This document shows, in pieces, positions 28,797 to 40,018 of a stretch of 64,000 bases of DNA. Position 1 is the first letter of the stretch; each line of letters opens with the position of its first letter. The translations under genes and the position numbers were made by a program. The notes beneath the pieces were generated by a model, which did no database searches, had not been told where the DNA came from, and saw only the letters and a list, made by a program, of their open reading frames with translations. The DNA comes from Candidatus Curtissbacteria bacterium (lineage in GTDB: Bacteria > Patescibacteriota > Microgenomatia > Curtissbacterales > GWA2-41-24), in the NCBI GenBank assembly GCA_024654445.1, contig JANLHP010000017.1:144524-208523 (forward strand), read 5' to 3'.

Positions 28797-29420
28797 ATGG
28801 GTTCTAGGATACTAGGCAAAATTATCGCCGCGATTTTTATAATTGCTCTTCTCGACCTCGTTTATTTGAACTGGTGGGTGGTGCAAAATCAAAGTTCAAA
28901 GATCAAAGATCAAAATTTAGAAGCCGATCGGAAGATTGAAATAAGTCCAACTCCCCTTGCTTCAGCTTCCCCGACTCCGCCACCTGCGGGTATTAAAACG
29001 GTCGAAACTAAGACGGTTGTCGAAAAAGAAACACAAATCATAGTTCAGACTGCGCAAAAAGAGATATTTGTTCCTGTTGGTTCGGGCACAACAAATAGCA
29101 ATAGTTATGCAGATGTTGCGGGAATGGAAGTGACGATTGATACCGGGAAATATGGGCAGATTGACTCTGTGTTTTTTGAGGCTTCTGTGTGGGTAACTGG
29201 CGGAAACGGCAGAGGTTATGCCCAGCTTAAGAATATTTCGGACAATAATCCTTTTATCGAGAGCACAATTTCCAGTGCGAGCGGGACGGGAGATGTCCAA
29301 ACTTCAGGCAAGATTCCGCTTCCAAGCGGAAACAAGAAGTACGGAGTGCGGGGCAAAACGGATATAACCGAGTTTGCCGTGCACATAGATAACGCACGAA
29401 TTAAAATTACATTAAAGTAA
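28797..29420 (+). CDS. hypothetical secreted/membrane-anchored protein
   Basis: ATG 28797 gives MGSRILGKIIAAIFIIALLDLVYLNWW (TM) then a soluble domain. No family recognised. Confidence 0.45.
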   Translation: MGSRILGKIIAAIFIIALLDLVYLNWWVVQNQSSKIKDQNLEADRKIEISPTPLASASPTPPPAGIKTVETKTVVEKETQIIVQTAQKEIFVPVGSGTTNSNSYADVAGMEVTIDTGKYGQIDSVFFEASVWVTGGNGRGYAQLKNISDNNPFIESTISSASGTGDVQTSGKIPLPSGNKKYGVRGKTDITEFAVHIDNARIKITLK

Positions 29421-29519
29421 GGTAAAAGAGATTAGAGTTAAGAGTTTAGGGGAAAAGACGGCAGTCGGTTTGTTTTTGGGGACAAAGAGACAGAGTTGGA
29501 AAGGGTAACAGAAACTGAA

Positions 29520-29650
29520 AATAAGGCTCTTCGACTCACTTCATTTGCTCCGGGGAATATTGACTGAGCTTGTCGTACTTCGATTTCGCTCAGTACGACC
29601 TCCTCGAGTCTGAGCGACTTCGGAGTCGAAGACCTGAGTGTAAACCGAAT
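29520..29650. repeat. degenerate GC-rich repeat element (family C2)
   Basis: Contains cttcgatttcgctcag (core variant) and hairpins gtcgtac/gtacgac and cgacttcggagtcg. The start ctcttcgactcacttcatttgctccgg is the reverse complement of a TIR-like ccggagc.aag. Confidence 0.35.
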
Positions 29651-29714
29651 GGGTCGAAGTCAATATGAACTAACAAACGGCAATTTTTGATGGGTGAGAC
29701 CTTTTTTGTTTGGT

Positions 29715-29744
29715 TTGACATCGATGCTGCCCGTCTCGTAAAAT
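29715..29744 (+). promoter_or_regulatory. sigma70-like promoter (TTGACA-N18-TAAAAT) giving a leaderless or near-leaderless transcript of the 29754 ORF
   Basis: ttgaca at 29715-29720 and taaaat at 29739-29744. ATG at 29754 is about 3-5 nt past the predicted TSS. Confidence 0.4.
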
Positions 29745-29753
29745 ACGACACTC

Positions 29754-30002
29754 ATGACCAAGGGGTTCAGGAGAGAACTATTGAAACAACTTGTTACGTT
29801 GTCTACTTCCGGGTTCGGAGTAGTGGCTGCTCTTGCGTGGAACGAGGCCATCCAAACTTTTATCAATGACTATATTGTAGGTTATTTGACCATTGGGTCC
29901 GGACTTGCTTCGAAGTTTATCTATGCAATTTTAGTCACAACTTTCGCCGTTCTGGTCACATATCAGCTGAGCATGTTGGTGAGGGAAGAAGAGAAGAAAT
30001 AA
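29754..30002 (+). CDS. hypothetical small membrane protein (2 TM)
   Basis: 82-aa ORF with helices VTLSTSGFGVVAALAW and IYAILVTTFAVLVTYQL. Confidence 0.45.
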   Translation: MTKGFRRELLKQLVTLSTSGFGVVAALAWNEAIQTFINDYIVGYLTIGSGLASKFIYAILVTTFAVLVTYQLSMLVREEEKK

Positions 30003-30048
30003 TTAAGTGCTAAATTGTTGAATTGTTAAATTGGAGAGAAGCCTCCTT

Positions 30049-31996
<1,948 letters not shown>

Positions 31997-32068
31997 GACA
32001 ATCGTTTATCGTTAATTGTTGATCGTAATTGATCAGAGCAGAATTATAAGGATAAATTACAAAAAGCG

Positions 32069-32124
32069 CAAGCACTATGTGATTGCGATTGCTAATATGA
32101 TAGCAAAAATTTATGGTTTGTCAA
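32069..32124 (-). promoter_or_regulatory. groES promoter (TTGACA-N16-TATCAT) with a downstream CIRCE-like inverted repeat
   Basis: Minus strand reads ggTTGACAaaccataaatttttgcTATCATatTAGCAATCgcaatcacaTAGTGCTTg. The IR TTAGCAATC-N9-TAGTGCTTG resembles CIRCE TTAGCACTC-N9-GAGTGCTAA (about 5 mismatches). Confidence 0.4.
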
Positions 32125-32509
32125 CCCCGTCTTCTTCGAGCCCTCTTCCTTGAAGAGCAATCTCGAGAAACAGAGCAGTTCCGGGGCCTATCCTTCCGTT
32201 TTTATTTAATGTCGCAAGGTCAAATTTTTCAGAATCGGACAGGATGTAGAAAGGGGTATGGCTGACAGAGAGAAGGGCGTCGAGGGTGATTGTTATATTT
32301 CGGCGCTCATTTGGATTTGAGCTTTCTCTAAAATCGTTCCATGATGTCAATTCTTGACCATTGCTGCGTCTGCCGATGAAAAGTTCTGCTGGTGTAACAT
32401 CAAACGGTTGATCGTGAAGAGCATTGTAAAGTATGCTTGCAAAGGCAAGCCTTTCTGGGGACAAAGTAGCCTTTCTTTCTTTTGGTAAGCGAGGTCTGCG
32501 TTCAGCCAT
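32111..32509 (-). CDS. hypothetical protein
   Basis: 132-aa ORF. Not recognisable as HrcA. Confidence 0.4.
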   Translation of the reverse strand: MAERRPRLPKERKATLSPERLAFASILYNALHDQPFDVTPAELFIGRRSNGQELTSWNDFRESSNPNERRNITITLDALLSVSHTPFYILSDSEKFDLATLNKNGRIGPGTALFLEIALQGRGLEEDGVDKP

Positions 32510-32573
32510 GGGCGGAAATTATATTCGAAGAATTTAAAAAAGTCTAATTCTTGCGATAGATTAGATGATTGTT

Positions 32574-34196
32574 TTATTGACGCTTGCTGACCGCTTCCAT
32601 GAAGGCCATGTAAAGTGGGTGTGGGTTAAGTGGGCGGGATTTAAGTTCGGGGTGGAATTGCGTGCCGAGGAAGAACGGGTGGTCTTTGAGCTCGAGAGCT
32701 TCGACAAGTTTACCGTCTTTTGTGGTTGCCGCGATCTGCAAGCCGTTTTTCTCGAATACTTCTTTATATTTATTATTAAATTCGTATCGGTGACGATGGC
32801 GGTCGGAACCTGTAAGCTTTTTGTAGGCTCTCGCGAATTTTGTGCCAGGTTTGGCCTTCCACTCCCAAGCGCCTAGTCTCTGAGTTCCTCCGAGGTCTTG
32901 CTTCTCTACTTTGTCTTTTTGCGTTTCCATTACGTGAATGATTGGATGTTTTGTTTTGGGGTTAATCTCTGTTGTGTTGGCGTCTTTGTAGCCGCAAACG
33001 TTTCTGGCAAATTCGATAGCGGCAAGCTGCATGCCGTAGCAAAGGCCAAAATAAGGAACGTTGTTTTCGCGCGCGTACTTAATAGATTTAATGATGCCTT
33101 CTACCGCCCTTGAGCCATAACCGCCAGGAACTATAATTCCATCAAACCCTTCGAGGATTTTTGTACCCTCTTTTTCTACATCCGCGCTGTCGATCCAGAC
33201 AATTTTAGGTTTGATGCCGAATTTGGTTGCAGCGTGTTTTATCGATTCGATTACCGAAAGATAAGCGTCTGAAAGCGTGAAGTCGCCGGTTGAGAAGTAC
33301 TTGCCAACCATAGCGATTTTGGCGGTATTTGGAGCAATTAGCGAATCATTGACCATGACTTTCCAATCTGAAAGGTCTGTTTTTCTCGGCTTGACGAAGA
33401 GTTTTTTGAGAATCTTGTCAGAAAGGTTCTGGTTTTCGAAGTTGAGTGGAACCTGATAAATGTTTTCGACGTCTGGAGCTGAAATTATGTCTTCAGGCTG
33501 AAGCCCACAAGCAATGGCGATTTTTTCTTTACGCTTTGCATCGACCGCGACGTTTGCGCGAGCAAGGACAAAGTCCGGCTGGATTCCAGCTTGGGCAAGC
33601 TGAAGGATCGACATTTGGGCAGGTTTACTCTTCATTTCCCCTATCGATGAAGGAATAGGTAAGTAAGTTAAGTGGATGTGTAGAACATCGCGGGGATATT
33701 TAAGTTTCAACAGGCGATTGGCTTCGAGGAACAAAAGGTTTTGGTACTCCCCTACTGTTCCGCCGACTTCGAAGACTACGAACTCGGCGCGATTCCTTTT
33801 GGCGCATTTTATTATCCTTTCTATGATTTCTTCCGGAGGATGCTGGAAGAATTCGACGGTTTTGCCGTCGTAGCCGAGCGCGCGTTCGCGGTCGATAATC
33901 GACTTGAAGACTTGGCCCGTGGTCATGTAGTTTGTGGCGTTGAGGTCTTGGTCGAGGAATCTTTCGTAATTACCGAGGTCTTGGTCGCATTCCATGCCGT
34001 CATCGAGGACGAAGACTTCGCCGTGTTCGATGGGGTTTAGGGTGCCGGCGTCAACGTTGAGGTAAGGGTCGGCTTTCATCGCGGTTGCCGTAAAACCGCG
34101 GGATTTAATAAGAAGAGCAATAGAAGAGGTGGCAATCCCCTTCCCTATCCCGGAAATGACACCACCTGAAACGAAAATGAACTTTGTTCTTGTCAC
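32574..34196 (-). CDS. pyrG: CTP synthase
   Basis: MTRTKFIFVSGGVISGIGKGI... then a glutamine amidotransferase domain GLCYGMQ...FHPE, 540 aa. Confidence 0.95.
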   Translation of the reverse strand: MTRTKFIFVSGGVISGIGKGIATSSIALLIKSRGFTATAMKADPYLNVDAGTLNPIEHGEVFVLDDGMECDQDLGNYERFLDQDLNATNYMTTGQVFKSIIDRERALGYDGKTVEFFQHPPEEIIERIIKCAKRNRAEFVVFEVGGTVGEYQNLLFLEANRLLKLKYPRDVLHIHLTYLPIPSSIGEMKSKPAQMSILQLAQAGIQPDFVLARANVAVDAKRKEKIAIACGLQPEDIISAPDVENIYQVPLNFENQNLSDKILKKLFVKPRKTDLSDWKVMVNDSLIAPNTAKIAMVGKYFSTGDFTLSDAYLSVIESIKHAATKFGIKPKIVWIDSADVEKEGTKILEGFDGIIVPGGYGSRAVEGIIKSIKYARENNVPYFGLCYGMQLAAIEFARNVCGYKDANTTEINPKTKHPIIHVMETQKDKVEKQDLGGTQRLGAWEWKAKPGTKFARAYKKLTGSDRHRHRYEFNNKYKEVFEKNGLQIAATTKDGKLVEALELKDHPFFLGTQFHPELKSRPLNPHPLYMAFMEAVSKRQ

Positions 34197-34266
34197 GAAA
34201 AAACCCTCCTTAGGCTAACTGCTTGGGGAGGGCACGCGCCCTTTTTGATATTTTTAAGGGCCCACC

Positions 34267-34938
34267 ATGATTTTCTCAAAGGGAAGTTGCGCTTGTCAAG
34301 CGAGGGTTTTTTGTTTTGTTTACGCATATAGTATAATTTGCAGCATTGTGAGCTGGGAAAAATACAAATTTCGTCCAAGACCGGACCCTAAGGAGTTGAA
34401 TAGTAATGCTAGACAATTATGTGAAATGCTCCCTCGTGAAATTACTTTGACCGGGGATGATTTCCCTTCCAGTGCGGAGGATCTGATGGAAAGGTTTGAG
34501 AGTAATTCGTTTGTAAGTCTGAGGAGGTCAAGGTCGGAAATGAATTGGTTGTTATTAGTGAAACTTTGGAGTTTATTAAACCATTCTTCTGGGACGTATA
34601 GTTTTAAAACCTTTATTTTGAGAGAATTTTCAGACGCTTCAATAAGCGGCGTGAGAAAAAATGATGGAGTTAGGGGAAGAATTTCTTGGGTTTTTGACGA
34701 TGAAGATGGGGGTATTTTTGACCATGAAAAAGTAGAGACGCTAGAGAAGAGAGCTTATGGGCAGGTATCTGAATACTCCCCTGTCACGAGGGGGCTTTTT
34801 GATTCAATAAATGATGTGCTTGTTAGTCGTGGCCTACAATCTCAAACAATGGGGAGTCCTAGTGATAATGAGGATATTCGACTATTTTTGGATCAATGGA
34901 GGGGTGAATTTGTACAACGGTATGGTGAGGAAATCTAG
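34267..34938 (+). CDS. hypothetical protein
   Basis: 223-aa ORF with no family recognised. Start position uncertain. Confidence 0.35.
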   Translation: MIFSKGSCACQARVFCFVYAYSIICSIVSWEKYKFRPRPDPKELNSNARQLCEMLPREITLTGDDFPSSAEDLMERFESNSFVSLRRSRSEMNWLLLVKLWSLLNHSSGTYSFKTFILREFSDASISGVRKNDGVRGRISWVFDDEDGGIFDHEKVETLEKRAYGQVSEYSPVTRGLFDSINDVLVSRGLQSQTMGSPSDNEDIRLFLDQWRGEFVQRYGEEI

Positions 34939-34945
34939 ATCTCAT

Positions 34946-35950
34946 TCACGGCAACTTTCTTAACCTTTTTTCGTATTCTGTGATAACCCACGATTGAGTG
35001 TCTTTAGGATGAAAAAACAGTTGTTTGTCCCCTATCTTTTCGGTCGAAATTTTTTCCTTCATGTACCATAATTGAAACTTCTTGAGTAAAATTTCGACTA
35101 GTGTTGAGTGATATACAGTGCCATGCGGTCCTCGTCCTTCGGACTGCGGGCCTAGAGTGTTGAGTGATGAGTCTTTTTTGGCTGCTCCCCTACTTTGATG
35201 ATTTTCCATTTTCCATTTTCCACTTTCCATCTCTTGAGGTCTCCAATTTGGCATATATTTGTATATCCATTGATTACTGTTGATAAATCTACTATAGGTT
35301 TCATTTCTATCCCATAGTGGTTTCATTTGGCAAATTTCGTGAGCGATGTAGATATTTTGATCTTTTATCGTGAGGCTCGACTCGTCTATAAAAATATTCA
35401 GGCATGCTTTGTTTGAAGTTTTAGGGGACTGAGGGTTTCTTTTTACGTTGAAAAGTAGGGTATTTGCCAGAAAGCGGGTAGTCCATAGCGTACCTTTTTT
35501 TGAAACTAAAACAAGATCGATATCGTCATCTTTTTGTGAATTTCGCATGGAAAGAGCGCCGGAAAGGGCAACGAGTTTGAGGAAGGGGATGGTTTTGAGG
35601 ATTTTGGCATAAAGGAGGGCTCTTTTGTATTTAGCCTCGGAGTGTTTGGTCCTTTGGATTCGCGTTTTTATGATTTTGCTCCTCTTGGGTAGGGAATAGT
35701 AGCTTTTTCCGTGAAATATCTTTTTGTTTCTATTCAGGTTCGCCAGCTCTTTTTCGACTGACCCCAGAGACGACTTCTTCTCTATTAAATAGCGGTAAAT
35801 TTCATCTTGAGGGAGAGGGTAGTCGAAGAGGTCGTGGTAAGCTAAAGTAGCAATTATAGATTCTCCCAAATTTAAGGTATTTAGCTTGCGGCCCTCACTT
35901 CGTTGCGGGCCTAAGGCAAGCGTCGCAATTATTGCAGATTTAAGCGTCAT
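34946..35950 (-). CDS. nucleotidyltransferase (Pol-beta superfamily)-domain protein
   Basis: LVALSGALSMRNSQKDDDIDLVLV fits the GS...DhD NTase motif. N- and C-termini both carry a GC-rich-encoded peptide LGPQ(R)SEGR. Confidence 0.45.
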   Translation of the reverse strand: MTLKSAIIATLALGPQRSEGRKLNTLNLGESIIATLAYHDLFDYPLPQDEIYRYLIEKKSSLGSVEKELANLNRNKKIFHGKSYYSLPKRSKIIKTRIQRTKHSEAKYKRALLYAKILKTIPFLKLVALSGALSMRNSQKDDDIDLVLVSKKGTLWTTRFLANTLLFNVKRNPQSPKTSNKACLNIFIDESSLTIKDQNIYIAHEICQMKPLWDRNETYSRFINSNQWIYKYMPNWRPQEMESGKWKMENHQSRGAAKKDSSLNTLGPQSEGRGPHGTVYHSTLVEILLKKFQLWYMKEKISTEKIGDKQLFFHPKDTQSWVITEYEKRLRKLP

Positions 35951-35997
35951 TTTCTTAGAAAACTATATATCAGAAAGTGGGAAGTGTAAACAAAAAA

Positions 35998-37326
35998 TTA
36001 CTTTGCTGGTGCCGGCGCGGTGAATCTTGCCAGAATTGTTGCGACGTTGTTAGCCGTAGATTCTAAGGCCAGGTTGGCGGGGGAGCCAGCAAGGCTTCGG
36101 TTAATAGCATCTTCGTAAGCTTTGATTATTTGATCGTTGAGGCCATTATCGAATGTACGTGACGCTATTGGGGCGGATCTTGCGTATGGAGCTTGAGCAA
36201 CGTATGCACCCGCAAATGGGTCGGCGGCGATTTTGGCGGCTAGTGAGATTTTAGAATAAGGCTCTCCTAAGAATCTTCCTTGAGTGCTGGCTGCCTGAGA
36301 ATAGAGTTTTATTTGAGTTTCGTCTTGTTGCAGATATTTAACGAATTCCCAGGCTGCTTCTTTTTTGGTGCTTTTTGCGGAAACTCCTTCGGCCCAATAG
36401 CTAGCCCAAGTAACCCATGTATTTTTATTTGCTTCAAGTTGAGGAACAGCTGTGACCTTGAATTTAAGAGTTGGATTCGCGTTTTTGATTTCTATTGCTC
36501 TCCAACTAGGACCAAAGTACATGGCTAGATTTCCGCCTGTAAATGCAACCGTCGAGGCTGGCATTGTTTCGTCCCAAATACGGTTCTGCCCTTGAGCGAA
36601 GCGGGTGTAGTATTCCAGAGCATCGGCTGTTCGTTTGTCTTTGGGTGATTTGGGATCGCCGCCGTTTTGAAGAATCATTAAACCGAGAATGTCAGAAAAA
36701 TGGTCTATATTACTTGCTGTGCCAATACCTCCGCCTGCTGTCTGAATGTTTCCGGCTGTGTCTTTGACCGTTAATTTGGCGGCAATTTGGGCAAATTCAC
36801 TCCATGTTTTTGGTGGAGCGGTAATGCCTGCTGCAAGGAGGATATCTTCGTTGTAAAAAAGCGCGAGGCCATCAATTTCAAGAGGTACTCCAACGTATTT
36901 ACCCGATTGTTTAAGGTCACTGGAAACAACGGGGTAGAAGTTTTTGGCGAATTCTGAGTTCGAGACTACGCTCGATGGCACCGGATCAAGTTCTTCTTTG
37001 AGCATGGGAGTCCAAGTGTTATGAAACCTAAATACGTCGGGGCCTTTGCCTGCTTGTATTTGGCTCTCGAGAGTTTCCCTATATTGCTGAGGGGTTCTTT
37101 TTTTATAGGTGATTGTGACGTTGGGTTTGATTTTTTGATAATCTTTTATCACCGCGTCCATGACTGTAGGTGACTCCCACAGTCCCCAGTATTCGATTTC
37201 TACAGGTCCCTGGCTTTTTTTACCAAAGGGAAGGTATGAGCACGCGGAGAGGGTGATACTTATTATAATAAGAAAGGCGAAAACTGTAAGTAATTTTGGC
37301 AGCTTCGAAAATTTCGATTTGGGCAT
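35998..37326 (-). CDS. ABC transporter substrate-binding lipoprotein (SBP_bac_1, sugar-type)
   Basis: Lipobox ITLSAC. Family-1 solute-binding fold pattern (YWGLWES...GKGPDVF...). Internal ATG 37326 (MPKSKF) is preferred over ORF start 37395. Confidence 0.65.
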   Translation of the reverse strand: MPKSKFSKLPKLLTVFAFLIIISITLSACSYLPFGKKSQGPVEIEYWGLWESPTVMDAVIKDYQKIKPNVTITYKKRTPQQYRETLESQIQAGKGPDVFRFHNTWTPMLKEELDPVPSSVVSNSEFAKNFYPVVSSDLKQSGKYVGVPLEIDGLALFYNEDILLAAGITAPPKTWSEFAQIAAKLTVKDTAGNIQTAGGGIGTASNIDHFSDILGLMILQNGGDPKSPKDKRTADALEYYTRFAQGQNRIWDETMPASTVAFTGGNLAMYFGPSWRAIEIKNANPTLKFKVTAVPQLEANKNTWVTWASYWAEGVSAKSTKKEAAWEFVKYLQQDETQIKLYSQAASTQGRFLGEPYSKISLAAKIAADPFAGAYVAQAPYARSAPIASRTFDNGLNDQIIKAYEDAINRSLAGSPANLALESTANNVATILARFTAPAPAK

Positions 37327-37398
37327 GTGGTTAATTGGACTTTTGTGGCTCTTTTCTATGATATCATAATGCGTACAAATGGCTACTAAAATCAAGAG

Positions 37399-39261
37399 AT
37401 GAATATTGATTTAAGACAAGATAAGATTAGATTCTTTCTGATTTTGACTGTTGCTCTTATTCTTTTGGGCGTTTTTGTTTATTCTTTTTGGCGTGACCGC
37501 GTACTGTTTAACACTTATTTTGCTGGAGAAAACGTGTCAAATAAAACGAGGGTGGAGATTGAAGACTCGATCGAGTCTAGACTGTCTGGCTTTAAGAATA
37601 AGCCTGTTTCTTTTAAGATCGAGGATAGCAATCGTGTCGTTGATCTTACTTGGGAAGAAATAGGTGTTACTTTTGACTACGATAAGACGACTTTTGAAGC
37701 GGTTGCTGCTGGTAAACCGAAAGGACTTGACGATTTGTTTGAGTCACTGCTATTTTTATTCACAAAAAAAGATGTTGCTCCATCGTTTGAAGTCGATTTT
37801 GACAAGTTGACCCAACTTGAATCTCGGCTTAAGAGTGATGCTGGAGCGGATTTGGCATTAAGGGAAGTTAGTAACGCAACAATTGTTCCAGGGCAAAAGG
37901 GATCTGTTGTCAAAAACGGAGAAGGGGGAAGGACCATCGATTCGTCGAAACTAAATCGCGACTTGGCTATGGCGCTTAATTCTTTGGATCCCGACCCAAT
38001 AGAGGTTGTGATTATTACTACTGAGCCTAAGGTTGATTTTGAGGGAGCGCAGAAAGCCCTATCTAAGGTTAATGCCCTTTCCGGTCAAAGGATTACTCTT
38101 AAATTTCAGGCGGACTTGTGGACGCTATCTGGTTCAAACTTCATTAATATTCTCGAGTTTGGACCTAGTGGTCAGGAAGGCGGACGTTTCGCCGGAATGA
38201 ACTTGGGGCAAGAAGTAACAATTGTGGATTTGGCGATTGGAAGTATAGGGAAAAGAGAATTAGATGTGGGGGTTAATCAGGAGCAGCTCGACAAGTTTGT
38301 TGGTGGTATTGCGTCATCTGTTAACAAAGAAACGGTCGACGCAACACTTTCTTTCGATGGGGAGAGGGTTCAAAACTTCATACCAGCGCAGGATGGTCAA
38401 GCACTTGACGAGGTGGAGACCAAACGTCTTCTGCTAAGTCATGTTTCCACACAAAGCAATGTAACTGACAAGGAAATCGTAATTGATTTGCCGGTTCTTG
38501 TTACGCGAGCAAAAATCGCTAGCGATGAAATAAACACGCTGGGAATTAAAGAATTGGTCGGAAGGGGCGTTTCTTACTATTCAGGATCGATTGCAAATAG
38601 AATTTATAATTTGAGCTTGGGAGCATCGAGAGCAAGCGGGACGATAGTAAAACCTGGTGAGAGTTTTTCTTTCAACAAGGCAGTGGGTGAGGTTTCCGGA
38701 GCAACAGGATACAAACCTGCTTACGTGATCTCTGGAGGAAGAACTGTGCTGGACGACGGAGGCGGAATTTGCCAGGTATCAACGACTATTTTTAGAGCTG
38801 CCCTAAACTCTGGACTTCCAATCACTGCGAGGACGGCACACGCCTACAGGGTTGGTTACTATGAACAAAGAGGGTTTAAGCCTGGACTGGATGCTACTGT
38901 TTGGTCTCCGGCTGTTGATCTAATTTTCAAAAATGACACGAAGCATCATATTTTGGTACAAGCGATTGTGGACCCTTCTAACGCCAGACTTCAGGTTGAT
39001 ATATATGGAACAAGTGACGGCAGAACCGTGGAATTAGGAGAGCCGGTGGTTACAAATATTAGGCCAGCACCAGAGCCTAAATATCAAGATGACCCAAGTT
39101 TACTGAAGGGCACGGTGAAACAAGTGGATTTCGCGGCCCCTGGGGCTAACTCTGTTTTTACCAGAAAAGTGTTTCGAGGGGGAGAAACAATTACAGATGA
39201 ATCCTTTAAATCTAACTATCGTCCATGGCAAGCGGTATACTTAGTAGGAACAGGAACTTAA
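37399..39261 (+). CDS. VanW-family protein (membrane-anchored)
   Basis: C-terminal VanW domain pattern YYSGSIANRIYNLSLGASRASGTIVKPGESFSFNKAVGE...GGGICQVSTTIFRAALNSGLPI. N-terminal TM. Confidence 0.65.
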   Translation: MNIDLRQDKIRFFLILTVALILLGVFVYSFWRDRVLFNTYFAGENVSNKTRVEIEDSIESRLSGFKNKPVSFKIEDSNRVVDLTWEEIGVTFDYDKTTFEAVAAGKPKGLDDLFESLLFLFTKKDVAPSFEVDFDKLTQLESRLKSDAGADLALREVSNATIVPGQKGSVVKNGEGGRTIDSSKLNRDLAMALNSLDPDPIEVVIITTEPKVDFEGAQKALSKVNALSGQRITLKFQADLWTLSGSNFINILEFGPSGQEGGRFAGMNLGQEVTIVDLAIGSIGKRELDVGVNQEQLDKFVGGIASSVNKETVDATLSFDGERVQNFIPAQDGQALDEVETKRLLLSHVSTQSNVTDKEIVIDLPVLVTRAKIASDEINTLGIKELVGRGVSYYSGSIANRIYNLSLGASRASGTIVKPGESFSFNKAVGEVSGATGYKPAYVISGGRTVLDDGGGICQVSTTIFRAALNSGLPITARTAHAYRVGYYEQRGFKPGLDATVWSPAVDLIFKNDTKHHILVQAIVDPSNARLQVDIYGTSDGRTVELGEPVVTNIRPAPEPKYQDDPSLLKGTVKQVDFAAPGANSVFTRKVFRGGETITDESFKSNYRPWQAVYLVGTGT

Positions 39262-39349
39262 GCATGCTTAAGTAATTTCAAACAATTACCAATGTCAAAT
39301 TTCAAATTCAAATGGCTATGAAAAATTGAAAAGAAACATGAAGTAGTTT

Positions 39350-39856
39350 ATGAAGAAGGATTTATCGATTATTTTCGGATTATTTTTGCTTGTGATAGGT
39401 TTACTCGTTTTCGGCCAAGGTTTTACTACCACGACTTTTCTTAAGCCTGCCCGTGATACTGGTTCCCAAAACGGCCCGAAGGAAAGTGCGCAAGTTACTA
39501 TCAAGACGCTCTCTGTGAATGCAAAGATAGCAGCAGATGAAGAAAGCCGAAAGAATGGGTTGAGCAAACGGGATTCTTTGCCGCTAAACGAGGGCTTGTT
39601 GTTTGTTTTCCCTGAAAAAGGCAACTTCACATTCTGGATGAAAGACATGAAATTTGCGATAGACATAATTTGGCTGGACGAAAATAAGAGAGTGGTTCAT
39701 ATAGTTCATAATGCTCCTCCGGAGCCTGACAGCAGTGACCGCGAGTTGACTAAGTATAGCCCACCGACGCCCGCTGTTTACGTTCTGGAAGTAAATGCCG
39801 GTCTTGCCAATCTTAATGGCGTGCAAATAGACGACCAGGCAAACTTCGAACTATAA
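39350..39856 (+). CDS. DUF192 (COG1430) domain protein, secreted
   Basis: Signal/TM then LPLNEGLLFVFPEKGNFTFWMKDMKFAIDIIWLDENKRVVHI, typical of the DUF192 core. Confidence 0.55.
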   Translation: MKKDLSIIFGLFLLVIGLLVFGQGFTTTTFLKPARDTGSQNGPKESAQVTIKTLSVNAKIAADEESRKNGLSKRDSLPLNEGLLFVFPEKGNFTFWMKDMKFAIDIIWLDENKRVVHIVHNAPPEPDSSDRELTKYSPPTPAVYVLEVNAGLANLNGVQIDDQANFEL

Positions 39857-39879
39857 CTCTTAAGTGATAGAATTCCCTC

Positions 39880-39933
39880 ATGAACATTTTAGGCGTTGAA
39901 ACGACCCGTTCGATTAAACTCAGGGTTGTTTCT
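39880..39933 (+). other. relic duplicate of the tsaD 5' end (17-codon ORF MNILGVETTRSIKLRVVS*)
   Basis: atgaacattttaggcgttgaaacgacc encodes MNILGVETT versus tsaD MNVLGIETT at 40019. Similarity is at protein level with synonymous differences. Confidence 0.4.
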
Positions 39934-40018
39934 TAACTATGTTAATACTTGGAATATCAGCAGTTCGCCATTCTGGCGCTCCTCTGATATTCCTCAAACA
40001 AAATTTATATAAAATAAT

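Noticed and set aside
39316-39666. 116-aa minus-strand ORF overlapping the DUF192 gene
   Set aside because: Fully antisense to a gene with a recognisable domain and has no features of its own.
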